A stretch of DNA of 64,000 nt from an uncultured Gammaproteobacteria bacterium (GTDB lineage Bacteria; Patescibacteriota; Patescibacteriia; Magasanikbacterales; GWA2-37-8). Both the position numbers and the translations under genes were made by a program. The notes under the pieces were generated by a model. That model did no database searches. It worked only from the letters and a program-made list of their open reading frames with translations, and was not told the origin of the DNA. Every line of letters begins with the position of its first letter. Positions within the stretch are counted from its first letter, which is position 1. Shown here piece by piece: positions 1 through 9,183 of this stretch. The stretch lies in the NCBI GenBank assembly GCA_964496095.1, contig CAZBWU010000002.1, positions 79,595 through 143,594 on the forward strand, read 5' to 3'.

Positions 1-55
1 ACGCTATCATGTTTCAAAGATTTCAATTGTCTGATTAATTCTTTTGACATAACTT

Positions 56-655
56 TTATATTTGATCCCCCGCGTCGAGCGGGGTCCCGCCGTTGCGGGA
101 CAAAATTTCTTTTAATTTTTTTAAACCTCTGTGTAAAGTGACTCTGATAGCGATATGGCCTTTGCCTGTGATGACTGCTATCTCTCCTATCTCAAGTTCA
201 TCTACATACCGGAGCGTCACAACCTCTCTGTATTCTTGTTTTAACTTTTGTAATGCCGTTGTAATTTTTTGTACTTCGATTTTATCACCAATTTGTTTTG
301 TAAAGTCCTGCGCAAAAACTTCCTTATCCCCCATTTCTTTTTCCAAAATTTCATCAGTTGAAATAGTTTTCTTATGAGTTGCTTTTGTTCGATACAAATC
401 AATCACACAATTTCGCGCCAACTTGTAGAGCAAGCCACTAAAACTTTCTATCTCTTTTTTTTCATTTATATATCTCCAAGCTTTAAGAAAAACTTCAGAA
501 GTAATATCTTCAGCTTCTTCTCGATTGGAAACTTTAAAAAAGACAAAGCTATAGATTCGTTTGGCATAGATGTCGTATAGCTGAGCGAAAGCTTCAGGAT
601 CTTCCTTTGTCCGAAGCTTGAAGAGTAGGATTTTTTCGGAAATTTTAATGGACAT
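56..655 (-). CDS. ECF-type RNA polymerase sigma factor (sigma-70 regions 2 and 4)
   Basis: 199 aa. Region 2-like 'FLKAWRYI' and region 4 HTH 'VTLRYVDELEIGEIAVITGKGHIAIRVTLHRGLKKL'. The last ~15 codons run through a GC-rich twin hairpin (68-101), so the true C-terminus is uncertain. Confidence 0.8.
   Translation of the reverse strand: MSIKISEKILLFKLRTKEDPEAFAQLYDIYAKRIYSFVFFKVSNREEAEDITSEVFLKAWRYINEKKEIESFSGLLYKLARNCVIDLYRTKATHKKTISTDEILEKEMGDKEVFAQDFTKQIGDKIEVQKITTALQKLKQEYREVVTLRYVDELEIGEIAVITGKGHIAIRVTLHRGLKKLKEILSRNGGTPLDAGDQI
68..101. repeat. GC-rich twin hairpin (REP-like module) inside the 3' end of the sigma factor ORF
   Basis: Stem ccccgc/gcgggg (68-73 / 79-84) and stem gtcccgc/gcgggac (84-90 / 95-101). 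The core 'tcccgcc-nnn-gcggga' also occurs in the element at 13733-13769. Confidence 0.6.
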
Positions 656-741
656 TATATTAACAATGTTAATATAATATGTCGTTTGAAGAAGGATTAA
701 AATATTGTAATTTTAGCCATTCTTCTCCCCACACACTATAG

Positions 742-768
742 TAGACGTAGAAACCTGAATAATGTTAC
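742..768 (-). promoter_or_regulatory. Candidate ECF-type promoter (GTAAC-N16-CGTCTA) upstream of the sigma factor gene
   Basis: The minus strand reads gtaac (768-764), a 16-nt spacer, then cgtcta (747-742). This resembles the AAC-N16-CGTC class of ECF autoregulatory promoters. It is about 90 bp upstream of the ATG at 655. Confidence 0.25.
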
Positions 769-951
769 AGTCCTATTAATACGACCTAACCGAACAAATT
801 GAATGGTAATTATTTTAGCAAAATAAGGCCTAAGAGTCAAATCTAAGCAACATATAATAAGCAACAAATTTTGATCATAAAAAATAATAAATCCTCTACT
901 AAACAAGGGTTAAAAAACAAAATACCCATAAAATTTTTATAGTCTATGAAT

Positions 952-973
952 TTGTATACACTAGCGTATACAA
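952..973. promoter_or_regulatory. 22-bp near-perfect palindrome TTGTATACACTAGCGTATACAA (candidate operator)
   Basis: One mismatch from perfect dyad symmetry. It is paired with a perfect copy 81 bp downstream, in a 495-bp AT-rich intergenic region. Confidence 0.5.
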
Positions 974-1032
974 ACAATAAAAGTCGTAAATTTTAAAGAT
1001 ATACTTATAAAATAAGAGCTTTTTATCTTAAA

Positions 1033-1054
1033 TTGTATACACTAGTGTATACAA
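1033..1054. promoter_or_regulatory. Perfect 22-bp palindrome TTGTATACACTAGTGTATACAA (candidate operator)
   Basis: Exact reverse-complement symmetry. It lies about 40 bp upstream of the -35 element of the HTH gene promoter. Confidence 0.55.
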
Positions 1055-1091
1055 TTTATACATTTAATAAATAGTCTCATTTGACTTAATA

Positions 1092-1120
1092 TTGACAAAA
1101 ACTAAAAAATATGCTATATT
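1092..1120 (+). promoter_or_regulatory. Consensus sigma-70-type promoter TTGACA-N17-TATATT
   Basis: TTGACA at 1092-1097, a 17-nt spacer, TATATT at 1115-1120. The downstream ATG is at 1151. TATAC half-site repeats (1121-1142) overlap the predicted transcription start. Confidence 0.6.
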
Positions 1121-1150
1121 TGTCTATACTAATCTATACAAATAAAGTAT

Positions 1151-1504
1151 ATGGATCAGAACCCATCACCTGATAAGCAAAAAGAGGTAATTAGAGTTTC
1201 AATCTCTGAAGCAGCCAAGTTGTTTGGTGTTAATGCCCAGACCATCAGAAGGGCTATAACTGCCAAAGAAGTCATCTATATAGTGGTGGCCGGCAGATAC
1301 AAGCTAAACTTTGAAAGCCTGGTGAAATGGTCCCAAAGACATACTACCATCAAAAACAAACTAGAGAATAAAGGTATAGGCCAATTCATCGGCCACTGGA
1401 AGATAAAGAACCCGCTCTACTCCCCTAACCCAAAGATTGTCCCTCCTAAAGAACCCTCCCCAGATACAGAAACACCCAAAGAAAACGAAGAAAATTCCAT
1501 CTAA
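1151..1504 (+). CDS. Small helix-turn-helix DNA-binding protein (excisionase/MerR-like HTH)
   Basis: 117 aa. 'ISEAAKLFGVNAQTIRRAI' is a typical HTH. The C-terminus is Pro/Glu-rich and low complexity. Confidence 0.55.
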   Translation: MDQNPSPDKQKEVIRVSISEAAKLFGVNAQTIRRAITAKEVIYIVVAGRYKLNFESLVKWSQRHTTIKNKLENKGIGQFIGHWKIKNPLYSPNPKIVPPKEPSPDTETPKENEENSI

Positions 1505-1534
1505 AATCCTCTGCCAAAAACAGAGGATTTTTTA
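1505..1534 (+). terminator. Rho-independent terminator
   Basis: aatcctctg / cagaggatt stem with loop ccaaaaa, followed by ttttt. A second weaker hairpin atcctaaaaataggat sits at 1542-1557. Confidence 0.65.
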
Positions 1535-1557
1535 ATTAAAAAATCCTAAAAATAGGA

Positions 1558-1586
1558 TTGTTAAATTCAAATAAAAGTTGTATACT
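1558..1586 (+). promoter_or_regulatory. Sigma-70-like promoter TTGTTA-N17-TATACT
   Basis: TTGTTA at 1558-1563, a 17-nt spacer, TATACT at 1581-1586. It is about 24 nt upstream of the ATG at 1610. Confidence 0.45.
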
Positions 1587-1609
1587 AACTATTATTGAAC
1601 TAGTAAAAT

Positions 1610-3355
1610 ATGATTAAGTTTTTAAAAAATCATTACCACACAAAATACCACGGCGTTTACCAGCATGCCAAAAAATTATTTGTTTTTGATCTTGCTCTTT
1701 TGTTTACTGCGATTGCCATGTTGGCAGGAAGCGTCTTTTTATTTTTTTGGAAACCAAGTCTGGTTGACCTGATAGACCTATCTATTTCACTTGGAGGTAA
1801 GAGAATCAAAAGCGGTGAACAAGTTCAACTGACTATAAACTTTATCAACAAGAGCAAGCAAAAGTTAACCGACGTTTCTCTGGGTATAAAACTCCCTGAA
1901 GGGTTCGTTGTGGATAGAAACAAAACTCCAAACGAAACTTTCTCAGACCATTCTATTTTTACTTCCATCAAAGAAATTCCCGCTGGCGCATCTGGACAAG
2001 TAGAAGTCGCCGGACAACTCTGGTTAGAACCAAAAAAAGAAGAAAGGATTATCGCCAACTTATCTTACCGACCAGACAATAAAACCAATCGTGAACAAAA
2101 GTTTTCTTCCTTACTTGCCAACTTGAACGAGAGTGTATTGACTAGCGCCCTAGTTTTTCCTAGTTCAACTTTTGCCAACTCCCCTACTAAGTTTGCTTAT
2201 ACTTTAAAAAATACTGGCGACCAAACCATTGAAAATATCAGTCTCGTAAATAATTGGAACAAAAACATTATCAAGGATAAAGATGGCGCAAAAATTTCTC
2301 TAGCTCCTGATGCTTCCAAAACAATAGAAGGTGAAATTACAACTCCTAACAAGTCCGGAGACTATACCTTCACTATCACACCCCAAATTCTTGCCAACAA
2401 CCATACCATCTCCCAATCAAGCGCAAGCCAAAATTTCAAAGTCCTTGTCCCTCAAATTGACGCCAGTGCCAGATTGGTAGAAGCTGTCGCCTATGGAGAA
2501 CCTGGACAGATGATTCCAGTAGAAGTAAGCTGGGAAAATAAAAGCAACTTCAAACTTGAAAATATTTCGCTACATCTGACAGCCAACTTGGCCGGAGTAG
2601 TAGATTGGAAAAAAACCGCCACTGAAAATAATGCCAAATTTGAGACTAACGGTATATTTTTTGACCACAACTCACGCACCAGCCTCAGTAGTGGCGCCCC
2701 AAATATTCCTGACACATTTAAAGTCAACCTATACCTACTTAAAACATTTAGCTTGTCTGGAGTAGAAAAAGCCAGACTAGAAATATACCCAATAGTAAAG
2801 GCAGGGTCAGGAGAAATTTCCGCACCACAATTTAGCCAAAAAGGATCCTCATCAGGTTTTCCTCTGGCTACAGAAGTCAAATTCACCAACGTCGAAGCTA
2901 GATACTATACCGACGAAGGCGACCAGCTTGGACGCGGACCATTACCACCAAAAGTAGATAAAACAACTAAGTACTGGGTCTTTGTTAAAATCCTTAACAC
3001 CTCAAATATTATAAACGACGCTGTCTTCCGAACTTCTCTTCCTGAAGGCGTGGAATTTACAGGCAAGCAAAGCACTACTATCGGCCCGCAACTAAAATAT
3101 AACCCTGCTGACCACAGCATTTCATGGAGCTACTATACTTTGCCTGCCAACAGCAAAACCGGCTTATACTTTGAAGTGGCCGTCACGCCAAACAGTTCTC
3201 AAGTTGGACAAAACATCCGCCTTACAAATAGCCTCATCTTTTCCGCAACAGACGAATTTATTGGTAAAAAATTCAACCTCATTCAATCGCCTGTCACGAA
3301 TCTTCTCAATCCAAATGATGATGGATATGGAATGGGATCAAAGGTGGTGCAATAA
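1610..3355 (+). CDS. Membrane-anchored cell-surface protein with repeated beta-sandwich (DUF11/CARDB-like) domains
   Basis: 581 aa. N-terminal TM helix 'LALLFTAIAMLAGSVFLFFW'. Repeated segments such as 'TLKNTGDQTIENISL' recur along the protein. Ser/Thr/Asn-rich. Confidence 0.55.
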   Translation: MIKFLKNHYHTKYHGVYQHAKKLFVFDLALLFTAIAMLAGSVFLFFWKPSLVDLIDLSISLGGKRIKSGEQVQLTINFINKSKQKLTDVSLGIKLPEGFVVDRNKTPNETFSDHSIFTSIKEIPAGASGQVEVAGQLWLEPKKEERIIANLSYRPDNKTNREQKFSSLLANLNESVLTSALVFPSSTFANSPTKFAYTLKNTGDQTIENISLVNNWNKNIIKDKDGAKISLAPDASKTIEGEITTPNKSGDYTFTITPQILANNHTISQSSASQNFKVLVPQIDASARLVEAVAYGEPGQMIPVEVSWENKSNFKLENISLHLTANLAGVVDWKKTATENNAKFETNGIFFDHNSRTSLSSGAPNIPDTFKVNLYLLKTFSLSGVEKARLEIYPIVKAGSGEISAPQFSQKGSSSGFPLATEVKFTNVEARYYTDEGDQLGRGPLPPKVDKTTKYWVFVKILNTSNIINDAVFRTSLPEGVEFTGKQSTTIGPQLKYNPADHSISWSYYTLPANSKTGLYFEVAVTPNSSQVGQNIRLTNSLIFSATDEFIGKKFNLIQSPVTNLLNPNDDGYGMGSKVVQ

Positions 3356-3359
3356 AACC

Positions 3360-4583
3360 CTACCTCAAAAAATCAATAAAGCTTCTCAGAGTAAACCAAG
3401 TAAAAGTTAAAAAAACAGGCACCCCCAACAACCAGAAATGGTGAAAGCCATAACCCGATGCATCCGCATCCCCTTTTTTGCGCGCCTGAAAACAAACAAA
3501 CACTATCATAATCGCTTCCATAGCTATCAAAACGCCTCCTGAGATGCTTAAAATTGTAATAAATTGACGAAGCCCAGCCATAAACAAAACAATTGGTACA
3601 GAGATAACCAAGAACTCAGAAAAATACCTATTCAATTTGTTATCCCAAATAAAATTTTGTTTTAAGGCAATTCCTGAACCAATAAAGCCTGTACTCATGG
3701 CCAAAATAGCAAAGACATTGCTTATTATCATTACTCCTTGACCAAACCTTTGCCCAAGACCAATAGTAGCAATTTCGGTAGTCTGAAGCCCGGTCGCACC
3801 CACCACTGCCAAAGCAAATAAAACATAAATAGCAACCGGAATAAGAGAACCAATAATCAACGCTTTTTTAAAACTTTTATTATCTCGTGGTAGTAGCGCG
3901 TGAGCCTCTATAACTGCCGACGTGCCATTGAGTGCAAACAAGATAACTCCGTACGGCAAAAATATTTGAGACAAATCAGAATATACCCAAGTGGCCATTT
4001 TGAAATCTTTGAGAATATAAATAGAAAGGCCACAGATTAAAGTCATTACTACCAGACTGAGAATTCTTTCGGCGACTTTGACGGTTTGCAAACCGCGCCA
4101 AACAGCTGTACTAGCTATACCCCAAAAAACCACACTCCAAATAGCAGAACTACCACCAAATAAATTGGCCAGCGACTGACCTTCGCCGGATATATAGGCA
4201 AGCAGTGCGCCGTATGAGCCAAACATAATCATGATATTGATAATAAATTTCGGCCATTTACCCAGATATTTACCAACAAAACCTGTAATCTGCAAAGACT
4301 CACGAGTTCGCACCGCTATTTCTCCTAGTATCAAATTCAAAGCCAACATGATCAAACCAAAAATAATAATATAAGCGAGACCGATTTTGAGACCAACCTG
4401 CGCCACTACATAGGGAATACCCAAAATACCAGCGCCGATAGTCATGCCGGTAATCATAAACACCGCATCAGCGACTGATACGGATTTTTTGTAAACTCCT
4501 TGATGAAGAATTAACTTTTGATTTTCTATTTGATGGTGCATGGTATAAATTATACCATAAAAAAGAACACTTACATACATCAA
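3360..4583 (-). CDS. Amino acid permease (HAAAP / aromatic amino acid permease-like, ~11 TM)
   Basis: 407 aa polytopic membrane protein. 'MTIGAGILGIPYVVAQVG' is typical of the Trp/Tyr/Ser permease family. Confidence 0.55.
   Translation of the reverse strand: MMYVSVLFYGIIYTMHHQIENQKLILHQGVYKKSVSVADAVFMITGMTIGAGILGIPYVVAQVGLKIGLAYIIIFGLIMLALNLILGEIAVRTRESLQITGFVGKYLGKWPKFIINIMIMFGSYGALLAYISGEGQSLANLFGGSSAIWSVVFWGIASTAVWRGLQTVKVAERILSLVVMTLICGLSIYILKDFKMATWVYSDLSQIFLPYGVILFALNGTSAVIEAHALLPRDNKSFKKALIIGSLIPVAIYVLFALAVVGATGLQTTEIATIGLGQRFGQGVMIISNVFAILAMSTGFIGSGIALKQNFIWDNKLNRYFSEFLVISVPIVLFMAGLRQFITILSISGGVLIAMEAIMIVFVCFQARKKGDADASGYGFHHFWLLGVPVFLTFTWFTLRSFIDFLR
3456..3479 (+). terminator. Candidate terminator for the plus-strand surface protein gene, lying inside the 3' end of the convergent permease gene
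   Basis: cgatgc-atcc-gcatc hairpin followed by ccc-tttttt. Confidence 0.3.
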
Positions 4584-4629
4584 AATTTTTGCAAAATCAA
4601 AACAAACAAAGATAAATACTGGTGGGCAA

Positions 4630-5208
4630 CTAAATTTTTTCTACGTTATTAAACTGGCGGTTTTCTAATCGCCAGTATAGAGTTTTAATCTCATCGACTA
4701 ACTCTTGTTTAACCTCTCCCATATTTGCTGGGAGTTCATCCATAAATTGACCAACATCGACAAAAAGATCCCTTGTCATATGAGCACTATCAGGGATAGC
4801 TTCTGAATTTGGCCTGTCAGCAATTTGTTTTAACCTGCCTATTAATGTTTGTATATTTTGCAAAATTATTTCTACTTTTTGGCGTTCCTCAGTAGTGCCA
4901 GAATCTAAAATTTTTCTGGCAGCCTCCATTGCTCCTTGTTCCTTCCCTCTTAAATCACCAACTTTCTCTAGTCCTACAAAAAAATTCTTTGCTGCCACAT
5001 CTTTTTCTAACTGAGCCATTCGTTCTAAAGGTGTACCGACCCTTCCCGTACTTAAATCTCCCGCTCTTTGAGCGCCTCGTGTAATTTCTACCATTTGCCC
5101 TTTTGCATTAGGCACCCTAACTAATTCTCTGTCTGGATCTGCTTCAATATCTATATCTATTTTAAAATCCTCATCTGGTGTATACCCTCCCACAGCTTCT
5201 TTTCCCAT
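4630..5208 (-). CDS. Hypothetical acidic cytoplasmic protein
   Basis: 192 aa. No recognisable motif. Charged and probably helical. Confidence 0.45.
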   Translation of the reverse strand: MGKEAVGGYTPDEDFKIDIDIEADPDRELVRVPNAKGQMVEITRGAQRAGDLSTGRVGTPLERMAQLEKDVAAKNFFVGLEKVGDLRGKEQGAMEAARKILDSGTTEERQKVEIILQNIQTLIGRLKQIADRPNSEAIPDSAHMTRDLFVDVGQFMDELPANMGEVKQELVDEIKTLYWRLENRQFNNVEKI

Positions 5209-5310
5209 AAAAATATGATTAGTTTTAAATTAAATAATAACATTATTACTTATATAGTTTATTCTCCCTAAAAATTAATGTCAAATAGAACAAACAAGTG
5301 CTAGAGATAT

Positions 5311-5343
5311 AAAAAAGTCACAGCTACTAGCCATGACTTTTTT
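5311..5343 (-). terminator. Hairpin with flanking T-runs immediately 3' of tRNA-Val (bidirectional terminator)
   Basis: Stem aaaaaagtca (5311-5320) pairs with tgactttttt (5334-5343). T-runs flank it on both strands. Confidence 0.45.
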
Positions 5344-5344
5344 G

Positions 5345-5418
5345 TAGGCGCTTAGGGATTCGAACCCTAGACCTCCTCGGTGTAAACGAGGCGCTCTAAC
5401 CAACTGAGCTAAACGCCC
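5345..5418 (-). tRNA. tRNA-Val (anticodon TAC)
   Basis: Minus strand reads GGGCGTTTAGCTCAGTTGGTTAGAGCGCCTCGTTTACACCGAGGAGGTCTAGGGTTCGAATCCCTAAGCGCCTA. Anticodon loop TTTACAC, T-loop GGTTCGAATCC. No encoded CCA. Confidence 0.85.
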
Positions 5419-5444
5419 ATTTCTTGATAAATAAACTTGACTTG

Positions 5445-5517
<73 letters not shown>

Positions 5518-5552
5518 AATGGACTTAATTCTATACTAACTTATAAAAATAA

Positions 5553-6626
5553 TCAAGAGACCAGACTATCCACAATAGCCACGACCTTTGCCGGATCTGC
5601 CGGAGGCAAGGTCTTTTTGAGCTGTTTACCTAGGTTTTGCCTGTTCAGGTCTGACTCCATCAAATCTACCACTATCCTGGCTAATTTTAGACCATTATCC
5701 GTTAATTCGTTTAACACAATAGCCGCTTGATTATCGGACAATAATTTCGCATTCACGTCCTGGTGAGTGCCTGAAATAGGCAAAATAATGGCTGGTTTGC
5801 CTAGCGCAGCCAACTCGGTAATAGTTGCAAACCCAGCTCTGGTAATCACAACATCAGCAATCGCATAGGCGTCTTTCATTTCTTCTTTTAAAAACGGATA
5901 GACGTGGTAGTTGGTAAAAACCCCAGTCGCTCTCTCCTGCAAAGCTCTGGGACGTTCTCTACCCACCAGATGAATGATATGCCATTCTCGTGGCCATTTT
6001 GGTAACGCTTCCATCACTAAGTTATTTATACTGCTTGAACCAGTACCTCCGCCCATAGCGAGGATTACCGGCGCGCCATCAGGAACACCAAATTTATTTC
6101 TTGATTCATTTATATTTTTTACTGACAGATCTCGCACTGGATTGCCTATCCATTCGGTTTTGTTTTCTGAAAAAAATAACTGCGTATCACGCAAAGCAGT
6201 GGTTACTTTTTTGGCAATATACGACATTATTTTATTTGCCAAACCCACTTGCGCATCTTGCTGATGCACCCAAGCCGGAATACCAAGAGCAAAAGCGGCA
6301 AAATGAAGCGGAACACTGACAAATCCCCCGGCAGTAATCACAACATCAGGTTTCTTTTGCCATAAAAAAAATAACGACTGAAAAAATCCAAAAAATATTT
6401 TGAAGATATCAAAAAAATTCCAGATGGAAAAATATCGGCGTAATTTGCCCGACATAATGGTAAAAAAAGGAATCCCATATTCGGCAATGAGTTCTTTTTC
6501 CGGGCCATGCTCAGTACCTATCCAAAAAAACTCCGTTTGTGGATTATGTTTTTTGTAGATCTCAGCAACCGCTAAAAGCGGCACTACCGGTCCGAGGGTT
6601 CCTCCGCCGGAGAATAGGATTTTCAT
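5553..6626 (-). CDS. murG: Undecaprenyldiphospho-muramoylpentapeptide beta-N-acetylglucosaminyltransferase MurG
   Basis: 357 aa GT28 pattern: N-terminal 'ILFSGGGTLGPVVP' and C-terminal 'VVITRAGFATITELAALGKPAIILP'. Confidence 0.85.
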   Translation of the reverse strand: MKILFSGGGTLGPVVPLLAVAEIYKKHNPQTEFFWIGTEHGPEKELIAEYGIPFFTIMSGKLRRYFSIWNFFDIFKIFFGFFQSLFFLWQKKPDVVITAGGFVSVPLHFAAFALGIPAWVHQQDAQVGLANKIMSYIAKKVTTALRDTQLFFSENKTEWIGNPVRDLSVKNINESRNKFGVPDGAPVILAMGGGTGSSSINNLVMEALPKWPREWHIIHLVGRERPRALQERATGVFTNYHVYPFLKEEMKDAYAIADVVITRAGFATITELAALGKPAIILPISGTHQDVNAKLLSDNQAAIVLNELTDNGLKLARIVVDLMESDLNRQNLGKQLKKTLPPADPAKVVAIVDSLVS

Positions 6627-7840
6627 ACATCTGCTTTTTCAAGTTTCTCAATAATTTTATTTAATTCTTTTAAGGCATCATTTAAATCAATTCTACGATG
6701 CCTACCTTTAACATCGACACCGAGTTTAGCTGTCATTTGTTTGTGGAGAAATTTTAAATCACTGTAAAGTTGCTGGTAATCGTATGGGGAAAAAAGTCTT
6801 TTAATAAAATTTCTTGTGTAACCTATAATAATTTCTGGCTGTTGCCAGGCAATTTTTTGCAAAACATCATGTAATACATCACCCAACTGGTAAACCATTT
6901 CAAAAGGGCTAACCCTACCTTTATATTCATCGGTAAAATCTAATAACGCGAATATATAATCTGATTCTTTACCAGGTCCTATACGTGCAGAAACACTCGC
7001 CCCTTTTATTAAAAGGCCTTCTAAATCAAAAAGAAGGCCGTTTTTAAATTTTCTATTTTCATCAAATTCTAGCCCAATATTTGACAGGCTAATATCCTGC
7101 AAAACTAAACCATTACTTGATAAAAAAATAGCTGCTTTCAGGCAATCTTTTACTGCTTTTAAAAAAACTAATACTCTCTCTTTTGTTAATTTTTCAGAAT
7201 TTAAGTATTCCTCTAACGTAATAAAATTTCTGTGCTCTAGAATAGAGCTACTCCTCTCTGAATCATGGGCAATAAAATCTCTAATATTTGGATGTGGTGG
7301 CAGGATTGTGAATTTTTTCAAGGCAAGATTAAAGTTTCTATCAAACTCTTCACTCCATCCTTTTTTATGTTTATATACATACTTTTTTTTAGTCTGTACA
7401 TGTTTTAATTCTCCTATTATACGGTCCTTTTTACCAGCTTGTCCTATCCTACGTTCATAATCTAGAACATACAAATAAAAATCGGTACCAACTCTCTTTC
7501 TCAGCTCATCTAGCAAGGCTTCTCTAATTCTATTTATAACAACCAAGACCTCTACCTTATCTTTTTCATCTAGAACAAAATTGCCGTCTGGATTAGAAAC
7601 ATGTCCGAAAATCTTAATAATTTCAGCATCTCTAAGAGCATCCACAACAATTTTTGCCCTATTTTCATAATCAGAATCAACTTTTTGCTTTTCTATTTCC
7701 TCAGAAATAAAATCAGCATATTTTTGCACACTTGCATGAGGTATAGCCTTCTCGCTGTTAACAAGTTCACGTTCTAAATCTATCTCTTTTGGTACTGGTT
7801 TTGCCAATAAATCACTAAAAAAAGATTGGATTCTTTCCAT
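6623..7840 (-). CDS. Hypothetical protein with a possible protein-kinase-like/APH-like catalytic region
   Basis: 405 aa. 'LQDISLSNIGLEF' resembles the HRDLKPxN catalytic loop and 'LFDLEG' is DFG-like. Weak motif-level call only. The gene overlaps murG by 4 nt and follows rpoD by 3 nt. Confidence 0.45.
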   Translation of the reverse strand: MERIQSFFSDLLAKPVPKEIDLERELVNSEKAIPHASVQKYADFISEEIEKQKVDSDYENRAKIVVDALRDAEIIKIFGHVSNPDGNFVLDEKDKVEVLVVINRIREALLDELRKRVGTDFYLYVLDYERRIGQAGKKDRIIGELKHVQTKKKYVYKHKKGWSEEFDRNFNLALKKFTILPPHPNIRDFIAHDSERSSSILEHRNFITLEEYLNSEKLTKERVLVFLKAVKDCLKAAIFLSSNGLVLQDISLSNIGLEFDENRKFKNGLLFDLEGLLIKGASVSARIGPGKESDYIFALLDFTDEYKGRVSPFEMVYQLGDVLHDVLQKIAWQQPEIIIGYTRNFIKRLFSPYDYQQLYSDLKFLHKQMTAKLGVDVKGRHRRIDLNDALKELNKIIEKLEKADV

Positions 7841-7843
7841 ATA

Positions 7844-9154
7844 CTAATAATCCTTCAACTTCCCAATAATATCCATATGTTGAATTTTTTCTAGAGCCTT
7901 GGCTTCAATCTGACGAATACGTTCACGGGTGACGTCAAATTCTTGACCTACTTCTTCCAAAGTGTGAGTGACACCATCGGTCAAACCAAAACGCATTTCA
8001 AGAATCTTTTGTTCACGAGGAGACAAGTCTTTAATGGCGTCTTTGACATAATCTTTGAGAATCTGGAGACCAGCCACTCGATCTGGCGACATATTTTTGA
8101 CGTCTTCCACAAAATCTTGCAAAGAAGAATCATCGTCGTCGTCATCGCCCACTGACATTTCCAGTGATACAGTATCTTGAGAAATTTTAATAATATGGTT
8201 AATTTTTTCTACTTCCTCACCCATTTCAGCAGCTAATTCTTCCGGAGTTGGATCACGCCCTAAGTCTTGCAACAAACGACGTTGGACTTGCTGAAAGCGA
8301 TTGATAGTTTCTACCATGTGCACCGGAATACGAATAGTGCGGGACTGATCAGCCAAAGCGCGAGTGATAGCCTGACGAATCCACCAGGTGGCGTAAGTAG
8401 AAAATTTATACCCCTTACGGTAATCAAATTTTTTCACCGCGCGAAACAAACCAATATTTCCTTCTTGAATCAAATCAAGCAAAGACAAAGACTTGCCCAC
8501 AAATTTTTTGGCAATTGAAACTACCAGTCTCAAGTTGGCTTCGATTAATTTTCTGTCTGCCTCTTTATCGCCTCGCTCTTTGCGTTTAGCAAGGGATACT
8601 TCTTCGGCGGCTTTGAGGAGTGGAATTTTTCCGATCTCACGCAAATACATCTGGATTGAGTCTGAAGAAATTTGACCCAAATCAAAAGGCGTATCCATAT
8701 CTGGTTGAGCGCCCTGGAATTGTTTCAAAAGCTCTTTGTTGCCCCCGCGCTGACCCAAGAGATTGCCGGCTGTCTCAACGATAGTGACACCATTCTTGTC
8801 TAGAAGGTCCATAAAGCCCTCATAGAGGTCAAGGTAGCGTTCAGGACGAGAAAAGACACCCTCAACTTCAATTTGGGTAATAAAACCACGCGTACGGCCT
8901 TTGGCCACTAGCGACCAGATGTCTTTTAGGGTTGGTTCGGCAATAATTTCTTCGGGTTCATTTTTTTTACCACCGACTTTGGAGAAGATTTTTTTGTTCT
9001 TAGGGAAAAACTTTTTTCCTACGATTTGTTTTTTTAAATTTTTTACTGACTTAGTTTTGACGACTGCTTTTTTCTCCCTTTCTGGCTTACGCGTATGTTT
9101 AACGCGCAATGGCTTGGAAGACTTACTAGTTGTCCCTCTTTTTTTGACCGACAT
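7844..9154 (-). CDS. rpoD: RNA polymerase primary sigma factor RpoD
   Basis: Regions 2-4 are intact, e.g. '[33 protein letters not shown]' and '[23 protein letters not shown]'. The N-terminus is unusually Lys-rich. Confidence 0.9.
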   Translation of the reverse strand: MSVKKRGTTSKSSKPLRVKHTRKPEREKKAVVKTKSVKNLKKQIVGKKFFPKNKKIFSKVGGKKNEPEEIIAEPTLKDIWSLVAKGRTRGFITQIEVEGVFSRPERYLDLYEGFMDLLDKNGVTIVETAGNLLGQRGGNKELLKQFQGAQPDMDTPFDLGQISSDSIQMYLREIGKIPLLKAAEEVSLAKRKERGDKEADRKLIEANLRLVVSIAKKFVGKSLSLLDLIQEGNIGLFRAVKKFDYRKGYKFSTYATWWIRQAITRALADQSRTIRIPVHMVETINRFQQVQRRLLQDLGRDPTPEELAAEMGEEVEKINHIIKISQDTVSLEMSVGDDDDDDSSLQDFVEDVKNMSPDRVAGLQILKDYVKDAIKDLSPREQKILEMRFGLTDGVTHTLEEVGQEFDVTRERIRQIEAKALEKIQHMDIIGKLKDY

Positions 9155-9183
9155 AGGGGGATTACATGTTTAATTAATTGAAA

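Noticed and set aside
93-580. Plus-strand ORFs 93..377 and 374..580 overlapping the ECF sigma gene
   Set aside because: They lie antisense within a well-supported sigma-70-family CDS and have no motifs. Typical AT-rich antisense ORF artefacts. The same applies to the many short plus-strand ORFs inside minus-strand genes throughout the track.
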